DNA from: a virus | Taxonomy: Duplodnaviria > Caudoviricetes | Virus record (IMG/VR): IMGVR_UViG_3300025093_000022 | Coordinates: 1 to 61,312 of that record | Strand: one strand, 5' to 3' | DNA length: 61,312 nucleotides | Shown here: positions 10,018-19,374 of the stretch, piece by piece | How positions within the stretch are numbered: position 1 is the first letter of the stretch | How the letters are laid out: every line of letters starts with the position of its first letter | Notes under the pieces: model-generated | What the model saw: only the letters and a program-made list of their open reading frames with translations | Told to the model about the DNA's origin: nothing | Database searches by the model: none | Position numbers and translations under genes: made by a program

Positions 10018-10890
10018 ATGACAGAAGAAGTAAAAAAAGAAGCTAAGACACCTTTTACGCTACCTAATAAAAAAGTAAAGGTTGTTCCAGTAAGAAGAAA
10101 AGGTGGTTGGTTAAATGATCTACATCCAGATCACGAAGCTAACTTTTTGGTAGCAAATGCAAAAATTAAATATGCTGCTCCGACAATTGGTAGAGGTAGG
10201 GTTGCAAACCCACTTACTCCAGAAGAGAGAGCTTATTTAGAAAAAGAGCTAGATGAAGATCTAAATCCATTGAAGAAAGATAATAACTTTTGGACAAAAA
10301 GATTTGCAGTTCTAGACAGAGGTATTAGAGTTTTAGATTTAACTAATCCATTGGATTATATAGATTATAAAATTTTACTAATGCAAAAAGATTTTATAGC
10401 TCCTTCAGGTGAAAAGAAATTCGCTAAAGGAACTTACAAGTTCTTCATTGATGATTTAGAATATGAAGATAGAACTAAGTTCAAAGCTGCTACAGCTAAA
10501 AAGGAAGCTTACAAGTTCTTTGGTAAATTAGAGGAAAAAGGCAAGACAGCTCTTGTTGACTTTCTTACAGTTTATTATAAACATAAACCAGGTAAGAGAG
10601 CTGATAGCTCAATGAGTCTTGAGAAACTAGTATCAACTATTGATGGTATCATTGATAATGATGTTGATGGTTTCTTACAAGTAGCTGCTGATGCTGAATA
10701 TGACAATAAAGTATTTATTACTAAAGCACTTAGATATAAAGCGATTCTAGTAGAAGAAGGTAAATATTACCTACCAGAAGGTGCATTAATTGCTTCTTCA
10801 CAATCTGATCTAGTAGCTTGGTTAAAAGATGGTAATAATAGCGAAGAGTATTTGCAGATTAAACTAAGAATACAAAACGCAGAACAATAG
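10018..10890 (+). CDS. conserved crAss-like protein downstream of MCP
   Basis: NNFW...LDLTNPLDYIDYKIL motif and syntenic position after the MCP. Confidence 0.65.
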   Translation: MTEEVKKEAKTPFTLPNKKVKVVPVRRKGGWLNDLHPDHEANFLVANAKIKYAAPTIGRGRVANPLTPEERAYLEKELDEDLNPLKKDNNFWTKRFAVLDRGIRVLDLTNPLDYIDYKILLMQKDFIAPSGEKKFAKGTYKFFIDDLEYEDRTKFKAATAKKEAYKFFGKLEEKGKTALVDFLTVYYKHKPGKRADSSMSLEKLVSTIDGIIDNDVDGFLQVAADAEYDNKVFITKALRYKAILVEEGKYYLPEGALIASSQSDLVAWLKDGNNSEEYLQIKLRIQNAEQ

Positions 10891-10896
10891 ATATAG

Positions 10897-11613
10897 ATGA
10901 CTGCAAACGAAATGGCAGATGAGTTAGAAGTATTGTTTGATAAAATTACAAACAATGATTCTCCTGGATATGAAGACGCAGAACTTTCAACTGTTTTAAC
11001 AAAAGCACAAGAAAGATTTGTATTCCAAAATTATGCAGGAACTAACAAATTAAAAGAGGCTTTTGAAGAGACTGAAAAAAGAAGAAAAGATTTAAATGAG
11101 TTAGTTAGTAACTCTACTATCTCAACTTCTTCTTCAACTCAAACAGGAGCATTACCTAATGGTGTCTTTTATGATTTGCCAACTGACTTTATGTATGCTA
11201 TATCAGAACAAGTAACTATTAGTTCTACAGACACTTGTCATGACGGCAATAGAATAAAGGTTAAACCAATTACTCACGACTTATATGCTGAGAATGTTAG
11301 TAATCCTTTTAAAAAGCCTGACACTAGTTTAGCTTGGAGATTAGATTTCAGTAGATCAACTTCTGGAACAGATCCAAAAAGACATGAACTAATTACAGAT
11401 GGTAATTATACTATTACTAGTTATCATCTTAGATACTTAAGACAATTACCAAATATAGTAGTAGATAGAACTACTACAACAAACCAGGTAAACTGTATAC
11501 TTAATGAAACCACTCATAGACGTATCATTGATACTGCAGTAGAAATATTACTAGAGATTACAGTAGATGGAAGGTTACAAACCAACTTGATACTTAATCA
11601 AACAAACGAGTAA
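10897..11613 (+). CDS. tail ring/connector protein
   Basis: MTANEM..F, PGYEDAELS..LTKAQ, FEETEKRRKDL, NPFKKP, Y.LRYLR.., C.L....H..I...AV pattern of crAss-like ring proteins. Confidence 0.7.
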   Translation: MTANEMADELEVLFDKITNNDSPGYEDAELSTVLTKAQERFVFQNYAGTNKLKEAFEETEKRRKDLNELVSNSTISTSSSTQTGALPNGVFYDLPTDFMYAISEQVTISSTDTCHDGNRIKVKPITHDLYAENVSNPFKKPDTSLAWRLDFSRSTSGTDPKRHELITDGNYTITSYHLRYLRQLPNIVVDRTTTTNQVNCILNETTHRRIIDTAVEILLEITVDGRLQTNLILNQTNE

Positions 11614-11654
11614 ATTATAAATAAATATATTGTTTAATTAAATTTTAAAACAAC

Positions 11655-12935
11655 ATGCGAACGCAAAGAAACGTAGAACACCTTTTTATTGGTGGAACTG
11701 CAACAAAAACAACAGCGAATTATCCAAATTCAATGAACGCAGGTGAGATTGGTATCTTTACTCCAGAGGGAATTAGAGTTACTGAAGCAACAGCTGCTAC
11801 TATTGATGAGTTTGTAGTTGCTCTTGAAGATGCTAATGGGGTTGAGTATGTATCACCTGTATACAACAAAAACGACATTAAATCTGCAAAGAGAACTGTT
11901 TACGCTGCTGCTACTGCACAACTTGATTATTTAGGGTACAATGGAACTACTGGTTCAATTGACGCTATCAATAACAACTTGTACAAAATCAATATCCAAG
12001 TTCAAGAATTATTGAGAGCTAATACTGACGGTAGAAAAACTAAATTCGGAGTTTATAAGTCAGATTCATCTGCTACTCAAGCTGAGATTGCTATCGGTCT
12101 AGCTGGTTCATTAGTTAATAACTTTGATAGAGAGGCTGAAAAGTTTATCACTTTCAATGCTATTTGTAGTGATGCTCTTGATACTAACTACACAATGGAT
12201 GAAACTGTAACTGTAACTAATGGTTCAAAAGCAATTTCAATTGCAACTGACTACGATTATAATACAGGTACAGATTTAGCTGTAGGTGATTTTATTAGAA
12301 TTGCAGATACAGATACTACTGTAGCTCTTACTGATGATGTTTATAGAATTGAGACTATCAACTCTACTTCAGATATCAGATTGGATAGACCTTATCAAGG
12401 TACTTCTGGAACAAGAACTCACGGTAATAACTCTACACAAGCAATTACTGCTGCTGATGGAGCTGCTGCTGATTGGGGTATCTCAATGACAGGTGCTGCT
12501 CTTGACTTCGTAGCTGGTAAAGAAAACTATGAAGTTGTTAGATGGGAAACTCAAGTTGTTGATTTCGGAACTACAACTCAAAACTTTAAATCAACTGCTG
12601 CTTCTAGAGGTAACGGTACGATTAACGAAGTTGCTGAGTTAGAATGGTTCTTACAAGGTAACGAAGGTGAATACTACAGAGAAGGATTCTCTACAGTCCA
12701 CACTCCGAGATCATTAGTTGACTCATCAGTAACTGGTGGTGGATACGATATGACTACTATTACTTTTGATTCTGCTCACACAAATGCATTTCAAAATGTA
12801 ATCTCTCCAAGAGTATTAACTCTTGCGACTCCAGCAACTGCACCTAACTATGCAATTACTGGTACTTCAGATGACATTACAGATGTATTGGAAGTTTTAG
12901 CTTTCGGTTCAGCTAACGGTAACTTAGCACTGTAA
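11655..12935 (+). CDS. abundant virion structural protein (auxiliary capsid protein-like)
   Basis: Thr/Ala-rich beta protein with GNG..EVAELEWFLQG.EG..YR motif, highly biased codon usage and its own terminator. Confidence 0.6.
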   Translation: MRTQRNVEHLFIGGTATKTTANYPNSMNAGEIGIFTPEGIRVTEATAATIDEFVVALEDANGVEYVSPVYNKNDIKSAKRTVYAAATAQLDYLGYNGTTGSIDAINNNLYKINIQVQELLRANTDGRKTKFGVYKSDSSATQAEIAIGLAGSLVNNFDREAEKFITFNAICSDALDTNYTMDETVTVTNGSKAISIATDYDYNTGTDLAVGDFIRIADTDTTVALTDDVYRIETINSTSDIRLDRPYQGTSGTRTHGNNSTQAITAADGAAADWGISMTGAALDFVAGKENYEVVRWETQVVDFGTTTQNFKSTAASRGNGTINEVAELEWFLQGNEGEYYREGFSTVHTPRSLVDSSVTGGGYDMTTITFDSAHTNAFQNVISPRVLTLATPATAPNYAITGTSDDITDVLEVLAFGSANGNLAL

Positions 12936-12954
12936 TAGCTATATAACATTTAGT
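12932..12954 (+). promoter_or_regulatory. repeated intergenic motif (copy 2)
   Basis: GTAATAGCTATATAACATTTAGT; compare 7179-7198. Confidence 0.45.
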
Positions 12955-12990
12955 ATGGTGGTGTGCTTAATTGTATACCACTATACTTTT
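12952..12990 (+). terminator. intrinsic terminator
   Basis: AGTATGGTGGTGTGC-TTAATT-GTATACCACTATACT stem (with G-U pairs) followed by a T-rich tract. Confidence 0.75.
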
Positions 12991-13017
12991 GTTTATTTTT
13001 GTTTATAATCAGAAATT

Positions 13018-13581
13018 ATGGCTTTTTCTCCGACCTTAAAACTCTGTCAACCAAACTGTAAAACAATCACTTTTATAGACATTACTAATGTTTATAATGC
13101 AACTACTAATGATGATGGGTGGGGTGCTGCTAATAGTGTTACTGGAGCAACAGTAACTGCAGCTACAATTACAGTTAAAGATTCAGATGGCGATACAGTG
13201 TTTACTTATGATGTTTTATCTCAAATACCAGATCCTGTAACTGGTGACATAACATTTACTGATTATTCATATTCCTTAAGTGATGGTAGATATACTGTTA
13301 CTTATTCAATTACAGTAGGAGAAGCAGAAGATACTTATACTCATAATCAAACAGTTTTAATTACTTGTAATTTTGAATGTTGTATAAGTAAACAGTTAGC
13401 AAAGATTGCTAAAGCTTATTGTGAAGATCAATGTGATACTTCAACAATAGATGATTACCTTTTAATTGAAGGTTTACTGCATGCTTATAAGTCTGCAGAA
13501 ATGTGTGAGAAAGACACTATTAAAGATAATATTAAAGCAAGACTACAAAGGTTTTGCGATTACCAATGTGATGATTGTTAA
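13018..13581 (+). CDS. Cys-rich tail hub/fibre-attachment protein (Ig-like N-terminus)
   Basis: D.T..Y.....GWG beta domain, LSDGRYTVTY, then CNFECCI...C..CD and terminal FCDYQCDDC. Confidence 0.6.
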   Translation: MAFSPTLKLCQPNCKTITFIDITNVYNATTNDDGWGAANSVTGATVTAATITVKDSDGDTVFTYDVLSQIPDPVTGDITFTDYSYSLSDGRYTVTYSITVGEAEDTYTHNQTVLITCNFECCISKQLAKIAKAYCEDQCDTSTIDDYLLIEGLLHAYKSAEMCEKDTIKDNIKARLQRFCDYQCDDC

Positions 13582-13583
13582 TT

Positions 13584-14219
13584 ATGAGTTGTACAGATTG
13601 TGATGATAATAAAATTCCATTATCGTTAGCTACTGGTGCTGACGGTACAAATGGTGATGACGGTAACAGTATTTATGTAGCTTTTGCTACAGATGAAAAC
13701 GGTACTGGATTTACATATACACCTACAGATTTAACAGAGTACATCTCTTTTGTATCTAAAGTAGGTGATACAGTAACTCAACCTGAATTTACTACATGGA
13801 CTAAATTTCATGGTGAAGATGGTTTAGATGGTCAAGACGGTGCTGGTACTTCAGCTCCAGTTTGGAAAGATTTAATCCTTATGAATGGTTGGGTAGCTAA
13901 TTCTGGATTAGGAGGTAAAATTACTGTTACACCCCAATACTCAGTACATAATGGATTTATATATTTTAGAGGAGAGGGTGATGCTACTAATGCAACATCT
14001 GGATCATGTGCTATAACACCTTCAATAAGTGGAGTAGATGGAATACCTCCAAATCTTATAGTGTATACACAAGCGGTAGGATTTACTTCAGGCTCTGTGT
14101 TTTCTACTAAATATATAAAAGTGTCTTATACTGGAGGGGTTTATACTTTAGAGGTAGATGGAGATTACTCTGATTTTATTGACTTTGGATCTATTCCTCC
14201 TATATCAGTAACTAACTAA
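13584..14219 (+). CDS. tail fibre-like protein with short collagen triplets
   Basis: Likely start is ATG 13584 (MSCTDCDD); GADGTNGDDG and GEDGLDGQDG triplets; C-terminal WKDLILMNGW...GFIYFRG fibre-tip-like domain. Confidence 0.6.
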   Translation: MSCTDCDDNKIPLSLATGADGTNGDDGNSIYVAFATDENGTGFTYTPTDLTEYISFVSKVGDTVTQPEFTTWTKFHGEDGLDGQDGAGTSAPVWKDLILMNGWVANSGLGGKITVTPQYSVHNGFIYFRGEGDATNATSGSCAITPSISGVDGIPPNLIVYTQAVGFTSGSVFSTKYIKVSYTGGVYTLEVDGDYSDFIDFGSIPPISVTN

Positions 14220-14509
14220 TGACTACAGATTTAGACAAACAAAAGATAGTTACAAAATACCAATGTAAATTGGCTTGTTTAGGTAATAGTGTTGCTACTA
14301 AATTATCTAAACATAAAATGTGTGATTTTAAAGATGAGATTAGAGATCTCAAATTCGCTAGAGCATTACTTTGGCGAATTACTGCTTATGATACAAGTGC
14401 AGGTACAGACGCAGGTAATGCGTTAGTTAACTGTTTAACTAAGACAGAATTATGTCAAATGTTAAATGCTTTATATTGCACTTTAGATAAGTATTGTGAT
14501 TGCGAATAA
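14219..14509 (+). CDS. small Cys-rich structural (tail hub-like) protein
   Basis: Eight Cys in 96 aa, NCLTKTELC motif, ends YCDCE. Confidence 0.55.
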   Translation: MTTDLDKQKIVTKYQCKLACLGNSVATKLSKHKMCDFKDEIRDLKFARALLWRITAYDTSAGTDAGNALVNCLTKTELCQMLNALYCTLDKYCDCE

Positions 14510-14543
14510 TTAAAATAAACATAAACTAAAAATTTAAAATAAA

Positions 14544-15125
14544 ATGGGAGTTACAGTTTTTACTGATGATGGTAACGGAATGACATTTTCAGGTGTACTT
14601 TTAGATGATGGAGATATCAAATTAAAAGGTTCTGGTAAACTATACTTAGATAATGATAATGATTCATATTTTGAAGCTAGTACTGATGATACTATTGATT
14701 TATATATAGCAGGTTCAAAAGACTTTGTTTTTAAATCAAATAATTTACAAGTACAAACAGCTTCATATATTACATCAGAAAGTGCTATTGCACAATGTTT
14801 TCACTTGTCTACACCAAATGCAGCTATGCAGTCTTTATCGGGGGCAGGTGCTATTGGTAATACTCAATATTACACAGCTTGGACAACTACTAGTACTGAT
14901 GCTGGTACTTTAGCTGACGCTGACGTTGTTGGACAACATAAAAAAATTCAAATGATTGTTGACGGAGGTGATGGTACTCTAACACCAACAACTTTAGTAG
15001 GAGGTACTACAATTACCTTTGCTGACGCTGGTGATACTGCAGAACTTATGTGGACAAATTCTGGTTGGAGAGTCCTTGCTCTTTATAATGTAACAGACGG
15101 GGCTACAGCACCAGTTTTAGCATAA
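14544..15125 (+). CDS. virion fibre/decoration protein
   Basis: Gly/Thr-rich; LYLDNDNDSY..ASTDDTID and TLAD..GQ.K.I....GDGTLTP...TITF...GD...L.W...GW are motifs seen in phage fibre proteins. Confidence 0.55.
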   Translation: MGVTVFTDDGNGMTFSGVLLDDGDIKLKGSGKLYLDNDNDSYFEASTDDTIDLYIAGSKDFVFKSNNLQVQTASYITSESAIAQCFHLSTPNAAMQSLSGAGAIGNTQYYTAWTTTSTDAGTLADADVVGQHKKIQMIVDGGDGTLTPTTLVGGTTITFADAGDTAELMWTNSGWRVLALYNVTDGATAPVLA

Positions 15126-15155
15126 TAATTTTAACATAAATAAAACTATAATAAA

Positions 15156-15722
15156 ATGGCTATAGCAACAAAAGTAACTGCGAATAATCATTTACCTGGA
15201 GAAGGTGATGGTAGATTTGTAGTTTATTCAAAACAATTCAACGAACTTGTTGATGCGTTTTTAGAGATTGAAGGTACAGATGGTACTTTTACAATTGACA
15301 CAATTAATGAGTCTACTTCAGGGTCTGGAGTAACTGTTGATTCAGTATTACTTAAAGATGGTGGAGCTACCTTCACATCTATTAGTGGATATGGTACTGG
15401 TGCAGGTGGAACTGTAACTCAGCTTACATCTATTGCTACAGGAGTAACTCTTAGTAAAGCTTGTGGTGCTATTACTACAGTATCTAGTACATTAGCTGCT
15501 GGAGCAGAAGCTACATTTACAGTAACTAATACTGTTGTAGGCTCTACTGATACAGTAATCGCTAATCTACAATCTACATCTTCAGCAGGTACACCAGTTG
15601 TATTTGTTACAGCAGTAGCTGATGGATCTTTTGACATCACTATCGCTAACTTACATGCTTCAAATGCCCTAGACAATACGCTAGTTATTAACTTTGCGCT
15701 TGTTAATGGTGTAACAGCATAA
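15156..15722 (+). CDS. virion fibre/decoration protein
   Basis: DTINESTSGSGVTVDSVLLKDG and GAGGTVTQLTSIATGVTL...GAITT motifs; beta-rich. Confidence 0.55.
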   Translation: MAIATKVTANNHLPGEGDGRFVVYSKQFNELVDAFLEIEGTDGTFTIDTINESTSGSGVTVDSVLLKDGGATFTSISGYGTGAGGTVTQLTSIATGVTLSKACGAITTVSSTLAAGAEATFTVTNTVVGSTDTVIANLQSTSSAGTPVVFVTAVADGSFDITIANLHASNALDNTLVINFALVNGVTA

Positions 15723-15737
15723 TTAATTTTAACTTTC

Positions 15738-15777
15738 AAGTCTACCTCATTTTTCGTATATTGGGGTAGACTTTTTT
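15738..15777 (+). terminator. intrinsic terminator
   Basis: AAGTCTACCTCA...TGGGGTAGACTT stem followed by TTTT. Confidence 0.75.
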
Positions 15778-15789
15778 ATAATTACTATT

Positions 15790-16068
15790 ATGGCAACTAA
15801 AAAAAATTACGATAGTGCTGCGGCAGAAGTTTTAGTTTCAAAATCATTACTTAACACTAAACCTTATTTTATTTCTGATACTAATGCACATTCAGATTTA
15901 AATGGTTATGCAATTCAAGCAATTGAAGATACAGTTATTTCTGCCATTAGCTCAAATGTACAAGGTAATGCTTTAGCAAGCGAGACTATTCTAGCTGGAC
16001 ATGTTTGGTATATGGATGTTTACTCTATAACTTTAACATCAGGGGCAGTATTTATTCATAGACGATAA
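15790..16068 (+). CDS. small beta-rich structural protein
   Basis: 92 aa ending SITLTSGAVFI; precedes the MLGIALG-type fibre gene. Confidence 0.55.
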   Translation: MATKKNYDSAAAEVLVSKSLLNTKPYFISDTNAHSDLNGYAIQAIEDTVISAISSNVQGNALASETILAGHVWYMDVYSITLTSGAVFIHRR

Positions 16069-16080
16069 AATCAACCAACC

Positions 16081-16779
16081 ATGTTAGGTATAGCATTAGG
16101 TACGAGAGGTTCTAGTTCTGGGGGCGGAGGTAGTAATACTAGTTCGTTGTTTGTAACTGGACAAACTACTTCTTACACATCAGGAGATGATGGTGATAGA
16201 GAAAGAGACAGAGGTACAGATTTCTATAACCTAGATATTAATAATGGTTTTGATAATAATACTAAAAGATTTACTGGAACAACTGGAGGTTATTTTGATG
16301 AAGTGAACAACGTTTATTATGATGTAGATGATGTTTCTACTACAAGAGCTGGTGCATTTCCAAATGGTTTAATAATTGATTGGTCAGCTTGGGATCAAGT
16401 AAATAATAAAGTATTGTGTTTAGACTATAATTATTTACAAACTGGTACCAATACATCAATGATGAGTGGTGCTCCCTATACTAGAGGCAGTATAGCTGGA
16501 TTTTATGTAGCTAATATTCAAGAATTACATAATTTCTTTTTCTATAGTGGAAAATCTTATGGTTGGGGTACGCCTGCTTATTATAATTGGCCGCCACTAT
16601 CTTTTAATATTGGCTCACCTAGTACGACTTTTAGAGTTGCAAGTTCTACTTATTTTGGAACATCTCAAACTTATTGTATGGCTGGAACGACAAATTTAGC
16701 GGTTTCGATTTCGCATACTCAAAGTTACACGACTTTTCTAGTTAATTATTTAGACACTGTAACAGACTTAGGACTTTAA
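16081..16779 (+). CDS. putative receptor-binding protein (DUF1566/Lcl-like C-type lectin fold)
   Basis: MLGIALG anchor, Gly/Ser linker, TGQTTSYTSGDDG and FYVANIQEL (cf. WRLPNIxEL) motifs. Confidence 0.5.
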   Translation: MLGIALGTRGSSSGGGGSNTSSLFVTGQTTSYTSGDDGDRERDRGTDFYNLDINNGFDNNTKRFTGTTGGYFDEVNNVYYDVDDVSTTRAGAFPNGLIIDWSAWDQVNNKVLCLDYNYLQTGTNTSMMSGAPYTRGSIAGFYVANIQELHNFFFYSGKSYGWGTPAYYNWPPLSFNIGSPSTTFRVASSTYFGTSQTYCMAGTTNLAVSISHTQSYTTFLVNYLDTVTDLGL

Positions 16780-16788
16780 TTATAGATT

Positions 16789-17037
16789 ATGGCAAATTAT
16801 AAATTTGAATGGTTAAATGGTGGGGCAGAAATAATAAACCCTACAATAACTATCAACCCTGATAATATTAGTATATTTCCATCTAATATGACGATAGATG
16901 TAGATATTCTATTAACTACTCCAAATGGAACTTCTTTTGGAGTTAGATTATTTGATATTCCAGTGGAGAATTTAAACTATGATGTTGGTACTTTACAAAC
17001 TAGAGTATTATCTAAATTAGAAAATTTTAAGGTTTAG
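16789..17037 (+). CDS. hypothetical protein (possible fibre accessory)
   Basis: 82-aa ORF directly after the receptor-binding candidate. Confidence 0.6.
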   Translation: MANYKFEWLNGGAEIINPTITINPDNISIFPSNMTIDVDILLTTPNGTSFGVRLFDIPVENLNYDVGTLQTRVLSKLENFKV

Positions 17038-17040
17038 ATT

Positions 17041-17181
17041 ATGAAACAAAGAAATATAGATAATCCATTAGATAGATTTAATGTAACTAAATCAAAAGTA
17101 ATTATTGAGCCAGGTAAAAAAGGTAAAGTAGTTAAATATAATTGGTTACAAAGATTAATAATTAAATTATTTAAATTATAA
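17041..17181 (+). CDS. small basic hypothetical protein (46 aa, not in the ORF track)
   Basis: MKQRNIDNPLDRFNVTKSKVIIEPGKKGKVVKYNWLQRLIIKLFKL; starts 3 nt after the previous stop. Confidence 0.55.
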   Translation: MKQRNIDNPLDRFNVTKSKVIIEPGKKGKVVKYNWLQRLIIKLFKL

Positions 17182-17240
17182 TGATAGGTATAGGATTAAG
17201 TATTTTAAAACCCCCGGTAACACCACCTGTTACTCCATGA
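17181..17240 (+). CDS. 19-aa micro-ORF MIGIGLSILKPPVTPPVTP
   Basis: TAATG-coupled start, ends 8 nt before the amidase; the N-terminus resembles MLGIALG of 16081..16779. Confidence 0.4.
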   Translation: MIGIGLSILKPPVTPPVTP

Positions 17241-17248
17241 TATAATAT

Positions 17249-17944
17249 ATGAATATAACACAAGAAGCAGAAGAACAAAGAAAAATGGCGATTGAAAAAT
17301 TAAATAACATACAAGCTGAATCTAAATACTTATATATTTTAGATCCAGGACACGGTGGTATGAAAAATGGTGTATATCAAACATCAGGTAAAAGATCTCC
17401 TATATGGGATGATGGTACTCAATATTTTGAAGGTGTTGGTAATAGGGAGGTTGCTAAAAAAGTAGGAGATAAACTAAAAGATTTAAAGATTGATTTTGCT
17501 TATACAGTAGAACCAACTGATGCTACAGATGTATCTCTAAAAGAAAGAGTTAAATGGGTAAACGAATTACCATATAAAAACGTTATATTAATATCACTAC
17601 ACTCCAATGGAGCTAGTGCTGAAGCTGCTCAAGGTTGGGAAATATATACATCACCTGGAGAAACTACGTCTGATAGAATAGCTACTGTTTTCTATAATAG
17701 ATTTCAAGATAAATTCTTAGATAGAAAATTTAGAAAAGATACAAGAGATGGTGATCCAGACAAAGAGGCTAATTTTTACATAATTAAAAAAACCGTATGT
17801 CCCGCAATTTTGTTAGAGAACTTCTTTCATACCAACGAATACGAGTGTAAAAATATCTTAATGACAGATGAAGGACAAAATAAAATTGTTGATGCTATTA
17901 TAGAATCTATTACCTTTATAGAATTAAATGGAATACCTAAATAA
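17249..17944 (+). CDS. endolysin, N-acetylmuramoyl-L-alanine amidase (Amidase_3)
   Basis: ILDPGHGG, FE, SLKERV, ISLHSN, GWEIY and PAILLE zinc-amidase motifs. Confidence 0.9.
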   Translation: MNITQEAEEQRKMAIEKLNNIQAESKYLYILDPGHGGMKNGVYQTSGKRSPIWDDGTQYFEGVGNREVAKKVGDKLKDLKIDFAYTVEPTDATDVSLKERVKWVNELPYKNVILISLHSNGASAEAAQGWEIYTSPGETTSDRIATVFYNRFQDKFLDRKFRKDTRDGDPDKEANFYIIKKTVCPAILLENFFHTNEYECKNILMTDEGQNKIVDAIIESITFIELNGIPK

Positions 17945-18549
17945 TGCAATACGATTGGTCACATACAATTAAAAATTTAATCATAGTATTACTATTGTTA
18001 TTAGTAGTATTTAAATGTGGTGGCAGAGGTGAAGAACCCAATGACGTAGAAGTAGTAACTTATACTGATACCACATTTATAACTCATATTGATACAGTAA
18101 CTTTTATAAAAGATACTACTGTTACAAAGACGGTACTCTCGTATACATATGTAGAACGTGTTGCAAAAGATACTAGTAAAGCGTATACTTTTAAAACTCA
18201 TGTATCAGATAGTCTTATTTCAGGTGATATTACTACTAAAGTGAAGGTGAAAGACAGTGTAGCTACTTTAATTAACCAAAGTATTGCTTATCAACCACTT
18301 TTTCCTAAATATATTTACCAGACAGATAGTATCATTATTCACGATTCTACAGTAGTTACAAAATATAATACAAAGCCTAGATTATTACTAGGAGCTGACA
18401 TTGTATTTGGTAATTCTCAAAACAATGGAACAATAATACCAAAACTTGCACTAGAACTAAAAGATCAAACTGTCTTAGAAGGTGGTTATGATATTTTTAA
18501 TAATCAAATTGTTTTTGGTGCCAAATATAAATTTAAAAGAAAAAAGTAA
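17944..18549 (+). CDS. membrane-anchored lysis-cassette protein (spanin-like candidate)
   Basis: N-terminal hydrophobic helix ending in Cys (VVFKCGG), DT-rich stalk, C-terminal amphipathic beta strands. Confidence 0.5.
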   Translation: MQYDWSHTIKNLIIVLLLLLVVFKCGGRGEEPNDVEVVTYTDTTFITHIDTVTFIKDTTVTKTVLSYTYVERVAKDTSKAYTFKTHVSDSLISGDITTKVKVKDSVATLINQSIAYQPLFPKYIYQTDSIIIHDSTVVTKYNTKPRLLLGADIVFGNSQNNGTIIPKLALELKDQTVLEGGYDIFNNQIVFGAKYKFKRKK

Positions 18550-18553
18550 TACA

Positions 18554-18793
18554 ATGGAATCAGTACTAAATACTCCAATGGGTGAAGCTGGAGGAATTAC
18601 AACCCTATTAGCTTCAGTCGGCTTTCAAGCCGCAAGTATGTTGGATTTAGCAAATATTAACCCTTATTTAACTTTCTTTACTACCGTTGGTGGTATAGTG
18701 TATTTGTGGTATAAAATTAAAAATGAACGTTTAAAAAATAAAGAACTTAAACGTAAACTAGAAAATGCCGACAGAGAAAATAAAAAAGGCTAA
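18554..18793 (+). CDS. holin-like membrane protein
   Basis: Likely start is ATG 18554 (MESVLN); hydrophobic segments followed by a highly basic C-terminus. Confidence 0.5.
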   Translation: MESVLNTPMGEAGGITTLLASVGFQAASMLDLANINPYLTFFTTVGGIVYLWYKIKNERLKNKELKRKLENADRENKKG

Positions 18794-19109
18794 TGAAATA
18801 AGTTCTCTAATTACTGGTTGGGGGAAAATTCTATTTATAATAGGGTCAGCAATTGGTAGTGGGTTTTTATTATATTATCAAATACAAAATAATTCTACTA
18901 GTATACAAAATTTAGAGTTAAAGATAGATGATAATAATAAAGCCAACGAAAGAGAATTTGAAATAAACGAAGAACGTAGTAATAAACGATACGACAGAGC
19001 TATGAAAACAGGCGATATTCTTCTAAAGCAAAACGCTAAACAAAATGACTGGCTACTTGACTTAGATAAAAGAATATCTTATATTGAAGGAAATTTAAAA
19101 CATGAATAA
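18765..19109 (+). CDS. single-TM coiled-coil protein (lysis cassette)
   Basis: WGKILFIIGSAIGSGFLLYY transmembrane segment followed by a coiled coil ending RISYIEG. Confidence 0.55.
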   Translation: MPTEKIKKANEISSLITGWGKILFIIGSAIGSGFLLYYQIQNNSTSIQNLELKIDDNNKANEREFEINEERSNKRYDRAMKTGDILLKQNAKQNDWLLDLDKRISYIEGNLKHE

Positions 19110-19374
19110 TTGGTTTACAAATACTTGGGAATGGTTTAAATCATTCTTTGATGGTAAAACAGTAGCATCAATGATGAGATTACTTAACTTTTTAGCTGTA
19201 GTTAATGGTTTAGGAGTTATTTGGTATTGTGCTATTGCAGAATCTGAATATGCTCATTATGGTTTAGAACTTGTAATGATTGGTATATTTGGTAAAGGTT
19301 ATCAAGACTATAATAACTATCGTAGAGATAAAACTAAAAAAGATGGCGAGAATATACAGTCTGACATATCTTAA
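19102..19374 (+). CDS. two-TM holin-like protein
   Basis: SMMRLLNFLAVVNGLGVIWY and GLELVMIGIFGK..Q hydrophobic helices. Confidence 0.55.
   Translation: MNNWFTNTWEWFKSFFDGKTVASMMRLLNFLAVVNGLGVIWYCAIAESEYAHYGLELVMIGIFGKGYQDYNNYRRDKTKKDGENIQSDIS

Noticed and set aside
17204-17251. Slippery heptamer T TTA AAA followed 5 nt later by a hairpin (GGTAACA-CCACC-TGTTACT), suggesting a -1 frameshift fusing the micro-ORF to the amidase
   Set aside because: The -1 frame is the amidase frame, but it hits TAA at 17243-17245 before the amidase ATG, so no fusion results.
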